Shown here piece after piece: positions 44,295 to 60,506 of a stretch of DNA of 64,000 bases (the first letter of the stretch is position 1; each line of letters opens with the position of its first letter). The DNA comes from the human T2T-CHM13v2.0 reference genome, Homo sapiens: assembly GCF_009914755.1 (NCBI RefSeq), contig NC_060942.1, one strand, 5' to 3'. Both the position numbers and the translations under genes were made by a program. The notes under the pieces are model-generated. The model did no database searches. It saw only the letters and a list, made by a program, of their open reading frames with translations, and was not told the DNA's origin.

Positions 44295-45182
44295 CATGCC
44301 AGTTTTCCATATTCTTCTTGGCTCAAAGTGGCCTCTCTTCAATAAATAAATGATCCCCTTGAGAGGGGCTTAGACAGTGACCCGGTGAAAAGCCTCCCAC
44401 TGTTTCCACTGTGGACTGTGGAGCTTTGTTCAGACAACAGGCCCAACTGTGGCTCCACTGGCCCTGCGATAACCCTACACTGTTGGCTGGCCTGGTTCCC
44501 CGTCCAGAAGGAGTTTAATGAGGAGGTGAACATGAGCACTCCTCACAGCGAACGTGCCCGAGCAAGTCAGCAGGACTCAGATTTGCTTGCAGTTGTTAGC
44601 CAAGCTGATCTCCTGCTGACACGTTTAGCTCGGGGACAATGTCCTGTCCCCAGACAGGAGGCCTGAAAACTTGACAGATGGCAAGAGCTAGCATCTTTCT
44701 TTAGGATGAGAAGCAGGGAAGAAGCCCTCATAATTGGAGGAACACACATTTTAAGAAGGAAAAAAATGGCCACTCCTTACTAGATCATTCCTCACCAGCC
44801 CCTCCCGTCTTCCTCAGGGGAAAACTGCTTTCTCTTTCCTCTGTGCCCCAGGGCAGCTCCAACTCCTCCGACGCAGCACGATACTGTTATCCTTGCTTCT
44901 AGACTGGCTCCTTAATGAGACTCTTTGAGGGCCAAAGCAATGATTAGTCATCTTTGTGTTCTCTGTGTTTGGCAAAATGTATTTGCTGGATGAATGAGCT
45001 TTAACTAGGGCTGGTGCAGATGTTTGGGTGGCAAGGGGAGTTGGCTAGCAGATCCTAAAACCCAGGCAATCAGCCCTTCCTGACTGTAGATTCCCGTTGG
45101 CCTCGCACGCACACACACATATACACATCTTAATGGTGATTTCAGGACACTTAAAATTCCCTTTCAGTTTAAAAAACCTTTA

Positions 45183-45489
<307 letters not shown>

Positions 45490-46282
45490 GCTTTCAATGG
45501 CTATGGTGGCTAGTTGCAATGGTCCATTCAAATAGAAGAATTAGTTTCCACTGCCTTACTCCCAAAGAACACACACATCTTACAGAAAGGTGAGATACTA
45601 CTCATGTGTAGGGTCATTTCGGTTCCCATCACAGAATGCAAAGAAAAGCACTGGAAATTCAAACTGCATTGTGTCAACCTTATTGGTTCCTTCGGGGCTG
45701 CTGAGAAGTGTACTTATGTGTTCTCAGTGCACAGAGGTTTGCTAAGGAAATGTAGAGTGTCAGCAAGACCAGGGACACTGTTTTCTTAGTTGAGCGAGGT
45801 GGCTTTATTCAGGGACTTGGACATTTGCATATCAGCCTCACGATTGCAGGGACAGCAGGAGCTGGCATGAATTAGGCTGGTACTTGATATGCTAATTACA
45901 GTTCTCTATAATCTTTGAAGGCTGTTTGGAAAGAGAATTTAGAATTGGAGAGAATGGAAACGCAGTTAGGTTAAATGACATGCCCAAAGGTCTCAGAGCT
46001 AATCAATGGGAAATTTGCTACGTGTTTCCAATGTGCGAAGAATACTACATGCAATACCTCCTTTAATCCTCTCAGCAATTCTCTGGTGAGTATTTTATTA
46101 CTATTATTGCCATGCTGTAAGGGAAGCCACACAGAGCTGCCACTTGCCCAGACTTACTCTGCTAATGAGTGGAGGAGTCAAATGAGGTTTGTTGAGATTT
46201 CGGCTGAGGTCAATCTGGTCCCAGAAAAGAACATTCGAAGGTCATTCTTGGCTTACCGGGAACAGAACTAAGATTGTCTCCA

Positions 46283-47501
<1,219 letters not shown>

Positions 47502-48642
47502 GTCTCAATTCCTAAATCAGCAATGAACATCTGCTGCTTAGTTCCTATTATTACTGTACATAAAAGGCTGCATTTCTTAAATTGGAAAAAAAAAATGGGC
47601 ATTTTGTACATTCAAGTTGGCCTTCTAGTTAGTTCCCGACCAAATTAACCATTATCAAGATGTTTATATTTCACTGAATTCACGAGCTGTCTGACAGCAA
47701 CAAAGGTCATATGAACATTGTGAAATCAGGAGTGAAAACATGGATGTGTCTTTTTTCTATCTCCCCCCTCATTTGAGATTTGCAGCGTACTTAACAGCAA
47801 CTGATGTGGTATATTCTGTCCTTAAATTTAAAAATTATAAAAGTAAACACTCAGGTTGAATATTTGGAGGGAAACATTGATACTTTTGCACAGCAAAAAT
47901 AAATACATATATTTCTCCTTTATTCAAGAAATTTCTCAGCAACTGGAAGTGCTGCTGTGAGACTTATCCTGAAATCTGCACACGCTGTGGTTGTTCGTGC
48001 AGGATAAACGTGGGAATGTGCTGGTTCCTACGGCAAAGGCCCCGGTTGGGGCTTCTCCCTCCCAAGCTGTGCGGTGACGCCAGCCACACATGCAAGGACA
48101 GCAAATTGGAAGTTGGTCATCACTGAGGACTTAGGAGAGCTTGGGTGGGTGTGTGGGGTAGATCTGAGGGGCTAAGGAAGGGGCACAATGACAGGGATGG
48201 GTGCTGGCTGTACCCGGCATGCAGTAGATGCTCAACAAAGGTGGAGTCTCAAGACAGATGGCTCAGAAGTCTTTGGGGAAGGGGAAGGAGAGGGAGTTCA
48301 AAGATGAACCTTTGGAGCCCAATATCAATTTAAAGGAGCAGAAAAGCAGTGCAGACAAGGAGGCTTCTCATCTCTAAGCATCTGCCTGTTCCTCTGCCTT
48401 CTAGAAGACACTTCCTGTTAGAATTTCAGGCTCATGCTCCTGGCCTTCCCTCTTCTCCCTGCTTGGATCAGAGTCTCGATCAGAACATAGCTCCTGGGAG
48501 ACCCCACTGGCCTTCAAGACAGACAAACAGGAATAGGGGGATTGTGGCAAGTCTTTCCCCACTCAGTAATGTGGAGAAACTGCCACGGGAGATAAGCAGC
48601 TGAAAATGTTTCCATCTATGACCTAATAAGCCAAGTCAATTT

Positions 48643-48665
48643 CACACACACACACACACACACAC
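48643..48665. repeat. (CA)n microsatellite
   Basis: About 11 CA units. Confidence 0.95.
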
Positions 48666-49629
48666 CATCAAAAACATCATGAATCCCGATGACATCACTT
48701 TTGCATCTGCAATGCTATTTCTATTGTTAAGGGCCTTCTAAAGCACCTTGTTAAATCAGCATTTGATCCAATCACACTGCCTGCACTCAAATCAGCGTCT
48801 GAGACAGCCACAGGCCGTGCTGCTTCTTCACCGCACCGCACATAAGCACAACCCAAGCACGTACTTGGGCTGCTGACGCTTGGCCACTGCGTGTTTCCTC
48901 ACGTAGCACAAAGGGACGCTGGGCCACGCAAGGTCGTGTTGTTCAATGGCAGCTGAAATGTCACAAGCAGGTTTCCTTGAGCCTTAATGGGTTTTGTTTT
49001 CCCAAAGTCTCAAAGAATCGAACCGCTTGCCCCCTTTCATCAGTCTTCTCAGAACACTCCCCCAGGACCGAATTTAAACTTCTGGAGGGATCAAAAATCA
49101 GCTAATTAATCAGGAGCTCAAAGCCAGCCTCTTCCTGGATCAGCGCATGGGGGTTGTGCTCCTCCACACTCACCGCCCTATTTAATGTTTTAATTAAAAA
49201 ATTTCTTCCTCATCTTTTCCATTTTTAACTTGTATAGAACTCGTTTGAGTGGAACTCTTTCGTCCTATGGGCTCCATGCACTCCCAAAGGCCTCCGATTC
49301 TTGATGAGCATAAAACCTTCTCTCCACCATCATCTCACTTGCAAATGGAAATTCCAGAGCTGCTCCTGGCTCTGAGAACCCCAGGGCAGACATCTAGTGG
49401 GAACTTTCCATGAGGAAGCAAGACATCTCGGCATGTCTGACTGTTGTCTGAGGACCCTTAGCTCTTTCCTTCCAGCCACTTCTCTGGCATCTCTTTCCTC
49501 TGTGCATCCTGCAAAGTCGGCCCGTCTCACTCTTGGGAAAGACCCCAGCTCTGATGGTGGCCTGGTGCCCGCAGCGAGTAGAGAGTGTATGAGAGGAGGC
49601 AGCACCCAGTGGGGCAGGAGTGTGTGCAC

Positions 49630-49800
49630 CGCCAGGCACTTCGGAGTTCAAAGCCCGGCCCTGCCACTTAACAGTGTTATGGTGTGGGGTGAGTGGCTTA
49701 TTTGCCTTGTGTCTTGGTTTCTTCATCCGCAGCACTGAGAGAAAAATAATATCTGCGTTCCCCACCTTAGGACCCATTACCGCATTGACAAGGCTCATTT
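49630..49800 (+). mobile_element. MIR
   Basis: 'ggagttcaaagcccggccctgccacttaacagtg...gtcttggtttcttcatc'. Confidence 0.7.
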
Positions 49801-50044
49801 GCTACCTTCACCATAAAGCCTTGCCAAACCTAATTACTTCCCTTGTAGGTTTTTGTTCTTGTCTTCGAAATTTGCAAAACAGAAAACCTATTTATTTTCC
49901 GATGAGAAATGGAACTATCAAGCACATTGTTTGCCTGTAAGCAGATTTATACGGGAAGCTAAATTATTGTCAGGATGTTGGCTGTGCACGGCTCAGAGGC
50001 GCTGGTGTTGTGAAGCAATGATGGCCTCACACATTCATCTCCAC

Positions 50045-50275
50045 TAATAATAGCTCATCCTTATTCAGGTGGTGCTAGATGCCAGGTGACGGGACTCTAA
50101 ATGTTTATTTATTAAATTTTAATCCTCACTATAACTTATGAGTTAAGAACTGTTATAAGCTCCCTTTCACAAACAAGAAAACTGAGGCATGGAGAAAGTC
50201 ACTTATCCAAGGACACACAGCTGGCGATGCTGGGGTCTGCCCCAGAGCCCAAGCTCTTGGCACTGTGCTCTCTCT
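50045..50275 (-). mobile_element. MIR
   Basis: 'tttaatcctcactataac...aaactgaggcatggagaaagtcacttatccaaggacacacagct'. Confidence 0.8.
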
Positions 50276-50417
50276 CCAGGGAGAAGACTGCAGCGCAGAC
50301 TCCACACTGCTTTCCTCTGCGCCTCTTACCACGCACATCTGTACTGCTGGGCTAACTTCCCGGGGAATATGACCTGCATGATCTCACAGGATCTGTGCTT
50401 AGAAGAGTTTCATCCTA

Positions 50418-50714
50418 GGGCAGGTGCCGTGGCTCATGCCTGTAATCCCAGCACTTTGGGAGGCTGAGGCAGACAGATCATGAGGTCAGGAGTTCAAGAC
50501 CAGCCTGGCCAACATGGTGAAAATCCGTCTCTACTAAAAATACAAAAATTAGCTGGGTGTGGTGGCAGGCACCTGTAATCCCAGCTTTTGGGAGGCTGAG
50601 GCAGGAGAATCTGCTTGAAACTGGAAGGCAGAGATTGCAGTGAGCCGAGATCATGCCACTGCACTCCAGCCTGGGTAAAAGAGCAAAACTCTGTCTTGAA
50701 GAAAAAAAAAAAAA
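50418..50714 (+). mobile_element. Alu (AluSg-like)
   Basis: TSD gaagagtttcatcct. Confidence 0.96.
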
Positions 50715-51649
50715 GGAAGAGTTTCATCCTTAGTTTAATACTCTGCTGTTGCACTAAACTTGAAATTCTTAGCCCATTGATCTCTGAACCTGCGTTTCTT
50801 AAAAGAAATCCAGTGGGACAATGGAGTGTATGGATGAACAGAGCAGACACATGCAAGATACATGTCTGCTGTTCCTTGCCATCTGATTTGCACACTGCAT
50901 TCATGTGGCCCCTGAGCACAGCGTTCCAGTGGGCCACGACATACAGAATTCGGCAAGGCTCAATGCAAATACAAGGTAAGGTAAGGATGTGGTGTCCATG
51001 ACCAAGTAGGCAGAGGCACTGGAGCTCTGAGAGGCTATGCTTTCCTTTGGACCAGGAACTGACCAGAACTGGCTTTTGAATGCAGAAAGGAGACAGACAG
51101 TAGTGTTCAAAGATGCATAGATGGCCAAGAAACCCTATCACATCCTTTCTTACTCATGCAATTTCCCTCTACTAGCCAACCCACCGTTCCTTTTTCTTCT
51201 AATTCTTCCTTACTCTTTAGTAAGCTGAAGGAAGAGTGTTTGTAAAATACATGAATATCAAGAAGCAAAACAAAAATAGATGAGTTAGTTTGGGACAGTG
51301 TTTCTACAGTTCTAGTAAGAATAAAACATATAAGTATACGATATTCAAAATATAATTTGTGTAATATCTGTGATCCAACGTGAGCTAAAAGCCCATGTTT
51401 TTTGCATTTAAAAGTGGCTTTGCACAACAGAAAGATTTATGGTCTTGTTTTTGTCTTGATCCATCACGATCTTAGAGTGCCCTTTTGCGAGGCTAAGGTT
51501 CTGTGAAATGGTTTATACTGAGCAGGAGAACACAGGGCCTCGCTCAGAGGGCCAGGTGAGGTCCTAGGAACACAAACGCCTGGGTGACCATGGGGGCCAG
51601 CTCCAAATGTCAGCCACAGCTTTTCTCTTTCTTGTGACATTTCCTGTAT

Positions 51650-51790
51650 GAGATTATGTGCCCCATCAAGGCAGGTACCATGTTTTTTTCATCCCTGCTG
51701 TTCCCAATATCTATACATGGCCTAGCATTTTTGAAGGTGTTCAATAAAGAATCTTCAAATGAATGAGTGTATACACGGGTGAGCAGATGA
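51650..51790 (+). mobile_element. L2 3' end
   Basis: 'aaggcaggtaccatg...ggcctagca...ggtgttcaataaa...aaatgaatgagtg'. Confidence 0.7.
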
Positions 51791-51859
51791 ACAGGATTCT
51801 TCATTTTCTATCCCAGTTGGATTCAATTTGGAGATGTTCTTACCTGTGGGAATGTGCGT

Positions 51860-51995
51860 TAGTCATGGCTGACCATGCAGGCTGAGCTGCCCGGCCTGGG
51901 CCAGTTCACACCTGTTGTCCCCTGTAATTACTGACTATCTCCTTTCACTCTCAAATGTTCTATGATCTGTATGATAAACTATATGACCACCCTAA
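51860..51995. mobile_element. MER94-like hAT-Blackjack fossil
   Basis: Ends 'ggctgaccat' / 'atatgaccacccta'; 'ccagttcacacctgttgtccc', 'cctttcactctcaaatgtt'. Confidence 0.7.
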
Positions 51996-52109
51996 TTACA
52001 GAAGGTAGGAAGCCTTCAGAACAAGAATAATAACAAGAAGATACCAGTCAGGGGACTTCCTAAATATAGGTGTTGATGAAGGAGGGGACAGCAAATGCTT
52101 TCTAAGCCC

Positions 52110-52415
<306 letters not shown>

Positions 52416-52542
52416 ATCTAAGGGCTCTTTCTGCTCTCAGATTCTTAGATCCTGTGAGATATATTATATATACACATATGTATTATATCATATATATTAT
52501 ATTTTATATGTTATTATATATATATAATTTTTTCTTTATTTA

Positions 52543-52855
52543 CAGGCATACCTCATTTTATTGTGCTTTGTTTTATCGCACTTTGTAGATATTGTGTTTT
52601 TTACAAATTGAGGCTTTGTGGCAACCCAGCATCGAGTGCGTCTACTGGCACTACTTTTCCAACAGCATGTGTCACTGTGTCCCATTGTGGTAATTCTCAC
52701 AATACTTCACAATTTATCCTGACTATTATGACCATTATCTGTCATGGTGATCTTTGATCAGTGATCTTTGATATTACTATTGTCATTGTTTTGGGGTGCA
52801 CTCATATGAGATGACAGACTTAATTGATCAATGTTGTGTGTGTTCTGACTGCTCT
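52543..52855 (+). mobile_element. Tigger1 5' end (TcMar-Tigger)
   Basis: TA then 'caggcatacctcattttattgtgctttgttttatcgcactttgtagatattg...ggctttgtggcaaccc'. Confidence 0.88.
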
Positions 52856-52985
52856 GTGGGCAATATTTAAAGGAGGAAATACAAAATTTACTTATTCCAA
52901 ATCCACAGTATTGAAAAACACAAAACCATGGCTAACACTCAACATTCTACCCCAATAAGGTCATCAGGAATATGTAGAACTAACT

Positions 52986-53765
52986 GGGATATTGTGAAAC
53001 ATGTATTTGGTTTTCCTCCCCGTCTCCTGGTATATAGCTCCTAAAATCCTTGGACTCTTCAAAGTGATAAATGCCTTTCTGTAGCTTCAGGATGGGGGCT
53101 GTCACTGGAAAAACCAAGACAGGATTATAGAGTTGGGACTTTCAACCCCACCTCCCAATCTCCGGGGAGCGGGGAAGGGCTGAAGGTTAAGTTGATCAGC
53201 AATGGCCAATGGTTTAATCACTCATGCCTACTTAATGAAGCCTCCATAAAAACCCAAAAGGACTGGGTTCAGGGAGCTTCTGGATCGCTGAACTCGTGGA
53301 GGTTCCTGGAGGCTGGTATGCCCATGGAAGCTCCATGTCGCTTTCCCCATACTTCACCCTATGCATCTTTTCTTCTGTGTCCTTTATAATATCCTTTATA
53401 ACAGTAAACATGTTTCCCTGGGTTCTGTGAGCTGCTCCAGCAAATCAATCAAACCCAAGAACAGGGTCATGGGAATTCTGATTCATAGCCAGATTGGAAG
53501 CACAGGTCACAGCCTGGGGCTTTTGATGAGCATCAGAAGTATGGTGGGTGGCCTTATGGGGCTGGGGCCTCAACCTCTGTAATCTGAGGCCATCTCTAGG
53601 TGGACAGTGTCAGAATTGAATTGAACTAGAGGACACCCAGCTGATGTCCACTGCAGAATTAATTGCTTGTTTGCTGGGGAAAAATCCCTGCACATTTGGC
53701 ATCAGAATTGTGTTGTGAGGGTAGAGTGGGAGGCAACTGAGTTTGCTTTTTTGGCTCACCAACAT
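52986..53765 (+). mobile_element. MER21-family LTR
   Basis: 'tatttggttttcctccccgtctcctggtatatagctcctaaaatccttgg', 'gggctgaaggttaagttgatcagcaatggccaatg', 'aattgaactagaggacacccagctg'. Confidence 0.85.
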
Positions 53766-53868
53766 CTGTTATATTAATTCCATCATATTAACCTTCCTAA
53801 TTATGCTATTCTATTAAGATTAGTTAACATCCTTTGAGTATATTTTGTCTGAGAATGAACAGAGGTGA

Positions 53869-54279
53869 TGATATGGTTTAGATGTTTCGTCCCCTCCAAA
53901 TGTCACATTAAATGGTGACCTCCAGTGTTGGAAGTGGGCCTGGGGGGGGGTGTTTGGATCATGGGGGGGGATTCTTCATGCGTGGCTTAGCACCATTCCC
54001 TCAGTGATGAGTGAGTTCTCGCTCTGAGTTCACACGAGATCTGGTTATTTAGAAGTGTGTGGCACCTCCCCCAACTCTTGTTCCCACGCTCACCACGTGG
54101 TGCCTGCTCCCTGTCACCTTAAAGCGTTATTGGAAGCTCCCTGAGGCCCTCACCAGAAGCAGATGCCGGAGCCAGGCTGGCGTAGCCTGCAGAACCATAA
54201 GCCAATTAAACCTCTTATCTTTATAAATTACCCAGCCTCAGGTTATTTCTTTATGGTGACACAAAAATGGCTGAACACA
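53869..54279 (+). mobile_element. MST (MSTA/B) MaLR solo LTR
   Basis: tgatatggtttagatg...ctgaacaca; 5-bp TSD ggtga/ggcga. Confidence 0.92.
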
Positions 54280-54322
54280 GGCGACCTAAAGTTTGTTGTG
54301 AATAATGCCATACTGAGAATTA

Positions 54323-54376
54323 TTAGGTTGGTGCAAAAGCAATTGTGGTTTTTGCCATTAAAAGTAATGTAAAAAG
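54323..54376. mobile_element. MADE1 (Hsmar1 MITE), one arm
   Basis: 'ttaggttggtgcaaaagcaattgtggtttttgccattaaaagtaatg'. Confidence 0.88.
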
Positions 54377-54670
54377 GGTGGGGCACAGTGGCTCACGCCT
54401 GTAATCCCAGCACTTTGGGAGGCTGAGGGGGGGTGGATCACCTGAGGTCAGGAGTTTGAGACCAGCCTGGCCAACGTGGAGAAACCCTGTCTCTACTAAA
54501 AATACAAAAAATTAGCCAGGCATGGTGGCGCGCACCTGTAATCCCAGCTACTCAGGAGGCTGAGGCAGGAGAATCACTTGAACCTAGGGGGCGGAGGATG
54601 CAATGGGCCAATATCATGACACTGCACTCCAGCCCGGGCGACAAGAGCGAAACTCCATTTCAAAAAAAAA
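54377..54670 (+). mobile_element. Alu (AluSq-like)
   Basis: TSD aaaagtaatgtaaaaag. Confidence 0.95.
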
Positions 54671-55141
54671 GTAATGTAAAAAGTAATAAAAATAACACTT
54701 TTAAGTCAACCTTACTCAGATTCATAAAGCTGGGAATAATATTAAAGCTTATTTAAATTCCACTCCTTAATTTTATAGACAAGGCCTCTAAGGCCCAGGA
54801 AGACTGAGCCTATTTTGTGCAAGGTCACTAAACAAATCATTGTGTCCAGGCATAGAACCCACATTGTTCTATCTCTTCATTGGTAAAGTATGCCTGACAA
54901 TAATTTTACACAGGAATAATATTTAAAATGTTTATTTCATAAGCACTGTTATTTGCTGCTATGGAACCTTCTGTAAATCCATGGTTCTATTTTTGCTTTC
55001 CATGTAAACATACCCTTATTTTGTATGTAAAGATGAGCTTAGAGTTGGGCTGGAAAGCCAGACTTCCTTCCAGACAGCAGGAGGAAATGGGAACTGGCAT
55101 CCTCTATTTCAAATCTCTACTTCTGTTTCGACAGGTAATAA

Positions 55142-55522
55142 TGTTGCCAGATGCCAGGGGTTCGGGCCAGGTCCAGTTGTCACTGTAGAGAAAGCCAATC
55201 ACTGAGATGATGAGTATTGCTGGGGAAGAAAGGCTTTAATGCAGGTGACATCAGCTGGGACATGGGAGACCAGTCTCAAATCTATCTCCCTAACTATCTA
55301 AAGTTAGGGGTTTATATAGCAGGGGGTTAGAGAGAGGTAAAGAAGAGGAATTGGTCAACAGGCAGCAGGTGCATCTCATGACTGGATGCCATCATCTGAA
55401 AAGTTTCAGTTCCCTGATACTATCTGGGAGCCCTGATGGTTGGTTTCCCGAGAAAGAAACTCAGACAAAACAAATATAAGTTCCTCAGGCTTCAGTTCTA
55501 TGGGAAAATCAAGCCAGGTTCA
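55142..55522 (-). mobile_element. LOR1-like ERV1 solo LTR
   Basis: Minus strand TGAACCTGGCTTGATTTTCCCATAGAACTGA...TCTGAGTTTCTTTCTCGGGAAACCAACCATCAGG. Confidence 0.78.
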
Positions 55523-55992
55523 GCAACTCTGTAGGTAGAGAAATCAGCAATGGTGAATTATGATAAGAGCAAACATGGTGAGATGTAGAATGTTCTCAAT
55601 TAACCCATTAATTTCTCTTAAATTTTTTGGAAACACATGCTGCTGACCAGGAAAGGTAGAGAACTTTGATTAGTTTTCCTTACATAACAACGTATTTTTC
55701 CTGTGCAACAAGCTTAGAATCCCAGGATAATTTTTGAAAGTTTAGCAGTTATGTTTTAAGAGAAAAAGAGTTCAAATGTTCAATTTCAAGGCAATATGCC
55801 AAAAGGTTGCAAACATGTAGCAAACATGCCAAAAGGTTGTATAAGGGAATTCTGCCTCCTCTGATGAAAGAAGATTCTTAGAACCATCTGGAGGCTGTTT
55901 TAAATTATACATACACCCATCACCGTGGGGCTGACCATTCCATAATAGATTCTATTTTATCCCAGTGGGGAAGGGTGCCATCCCAAAAGCCA

Positions 55993-56006
55993 CCACAAGG
56001 GGGCAC
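55993..56006 (+). promoter_or_regulatory. CTCF core motif CCACAAGGGGGCAC
   Basis: Close match to CCASYAGRKGGCRS in unique sequence. Confidence 0.55.
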
Positions 56007-56269
56007 CCTCCGGGACATCGCGGCTCTCTCTGGGCAGGAGCTGTCTCTTTCTCAACCCTGCCAGCCCCAGAGCCCCACCTGCTTTTTTTTTTTTTTTTTT
56101 TACAAATGCCATTTAATTTCTTTTTTTTTTTTGCTAGAACAGTTTTGCTTTTATTAAACTATTTAATAAGACATATTTTAAAAGTAAATCAAATTTGGCT
56201 ATAAATACTTTATATTTAAAAATTAAAATTCTTGAATTATACCCTGTATTTTGCCTTTTTTTCTCATGT

Positions 56270-57440
<1,171 letters not shown>

Positions 57441-57777
57441 TTGTAGCCATTTAATTTCTTGAAATGAGAATCACTACTTGTGGTTGTCACTCCCCTAACC
57501 GTATATTTTTAAAAACTGATATACTTCTCTAATGGTAATACAAAAAAGAAATAATAAGAAACCAACTTATAACAAAATAATATCTATTTCAATATATAAA
57601 GCTTAGGTACATATATACTACAAAATATATAATGAAGTAGTCAGATGCTCTACATAGAAGCAACTGCTAAAACACGGACAAATACAGGTGGGTTCTATTC
57701 ATGACTCCAGTCCCTTGAGTGGCACTCCCTCAATGCAATGATCAAAGATAAAAAATGCATTGAAAATCTCCAAATAA

Positions 57778-58096
<319 letters not shown>

Positions 58097-58176
58097 AGTC
58101 TTGATTTCTACTGTGGTTTCATTCCTAAAAAAAAATTCAGTTGATGGTAAAACAACCCTAAAAACATACTGCTTTA

Positions 58177-58285
58177 GTATACATATATCAAAACAACACG
58201 GTGTACTCTGTCAATGTAATTATGATAATTATGATTTGTCAATTAATAGTTATATTAACTTTTAAAAAATATTTTAAAAACTTAA
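58177..58285 (+). mobile_element. Short L1MA-type 3' end insertion
   Basis: 'gtatacatatatcaaaacaacacggtgtac...gatttgtcaatt'; TSD atactgcttta. Confidence 0.7.
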
Positions 58286-58348
58286 AAAATACTGCTTTAT
58301 ATGTAAAAGTATTGTGTTTATGTGTAAAACATGTACTTCTAGCCTTAG

Positions 58349-58732
<384 letters not shown>

Positions 58733-58734
58733 GG

Positions 58735-58906
58735 ACGACCCTTCTCTGGGCACACTGCAAGATATCTAGCCCCCCTGACTATTCCCCTTCCCTCACTTAA
58801 ATGCCAGTAGTGCCCTCCAATCCAGTTGTTATGACAAGAGAAAACACCCCAATATACGTCTAGAATGCTCCCTGTGGGTGCTTCCACCCCCATGAAGAAC
58901 CACTGG
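58735..58906. mobile_element. MER3/MER20-type hAT-Charlie fragment
   Basis: 'aatgccagtagtgccctcc...gttgttatgacaag...gaagaaccactg'. Confidence 0.7.
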
Positions 58907-59183
58907 TCAGGAGGGAAAGGGCCTCCTTACACCTTCACCTCTCTACTTCCTCTGGTTCTCATGTCACAGGGAGACTCCCCTGTTCTCCCAGCAGACTCTA
59001 GAGCACACCTTAGGTTGGGACTCTCTAGTTCAGATTTAAGTGAGCAAATGTCCATCACCCAGCATCTCACATGCATAGAGGTGGGTCATCCCGCACAGTA
59101 TTGGAAGGAGTTTTGAACAGAAATAGGAAGAACGCACATGACAAGCCATGTGACACTTGGACCTGTGTAGAAACACTAACACA

Positions 59184-59354
59184 TGTGTCTGTGGTCTCAG
59201 CTACTTGGCAAGCTGAGGTGGGAGGATCACTGGAGCCCAGGATTTGGAGTCTGCAGTGAGCTATGATTGCACACTCTGCTCCAGCCTGGGTGACCAAGCA
59301 AAACCTTGTCTTTTTAAAAAAAAAAAAAAAAAAAAAAGAAGGAAGAGAGAAAAA
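59184..59354 (+). mobile_element. Alu right arm / FRAM-like
   Basis: TSD agaaacactaacaca. Confidence 0.9.
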
Positions 59355-59435
59355 AGAAACACTAACACAGTGTTTTTCAATGGGAAGTAAGATAATTACT
59401 TGCATCAAAAGTATTTGTTAAAAATACAGCCTTCT

Positions 59436-59720
59436 GGCCGGGCGTAGTGGCTCACACCTGTAATCCCAGCACTTTGGGACTCTGAGGCGTGCGGATCATT
59501 TGAGGTCAGGAGTTTGAGACCAGCCTGGCCAACATGGCGAAACCCTGTCTCTACTGAAAATACAAAAAATTAGCTGGGCGTGGTGGCGGATACCTGTAAT
59601 CTCAGCTACTCAGGAGGCTGAGGCAGAAGAGTCGCTTGAGTCCAGGAGGCGGAGGTTGCAGTGAGCCAAGATCGTTCCACTGCACTTTAGCCTGGGCAAC
59701 AGAACAAGATTCCACCTCAA

Positions 59721-59760
<40 letters not shown>
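59436..59760 (+). mobile_element. Alu (AluS) with (AAT)n tail, inserted in a MER5-type element (~59368-59875)
   Basis: TSD aatacagc(c/t)ttctgg; ~13 AAT units. Confidence 0.95.
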
Positions 59761-59761
<1 letters not shown>

Positions 59762-60506
59762 AGCTTTCTGGGCTCATATCTCTTAAATCAGATCCCTGGG
59801 GATGTGGCCAGATAATTTGCATTTTTAACAGTCTCACCAGGAGATTTTAATGACCTCAAGGTTTAAGAGCCTCTTAAGTTATTGTCATTGTCACCACCAA
59901 TGCCATGCACAGCTGCCAATCTGGACATGAAGCCTTTTTCAGGTCCCATGTGGCATTTTGGCAATCACCCTTGCAAAGAGAGCTGGGAGGTCCCCACAGA
60001 CCCCAGTGTTGGATGCAGACTCCAGCTTCAACCTTGGCGGGTGGTGGGGAGGCGGGGGGATCAGGCATTATTAGGTTGTCTCTTTTTAAGGTTAACTTTC
60101 TTGCAGTGCCCAAAAAGCCACTCACTCTGAAAAATTCCCTCTTCTTTCCATTCTTTTCAAAGAGGATGATTTCATGATTTCTCATGACTTCAACCAGGAA
60201 TGCTTTCATATTTTAAATGTGCCTTTCTGTTAAAATAAGGGGAAAAACTGGAAGATACACATATGCCTGGGTTTGGACAATGTATTAAAGGTATAGAAAT
60301 TCTGCATATAATTCTGCCTGGGAGTATAGAGTGAAGTATAGTCCTGAGTAAGTCACATTTTTTTTTTTGTCTATGAGTCAAACCAAGTAAAAAAAGAATT
60401 CATTTCTCTTTATATAACTGTATAGACACAGAATAGATTTCTAACTCTCTGAGTGAGAGTTTGGAATCTGAGTGAAAAATCTGGTTTGCTCATATTTTAA
60501 GAGTTT

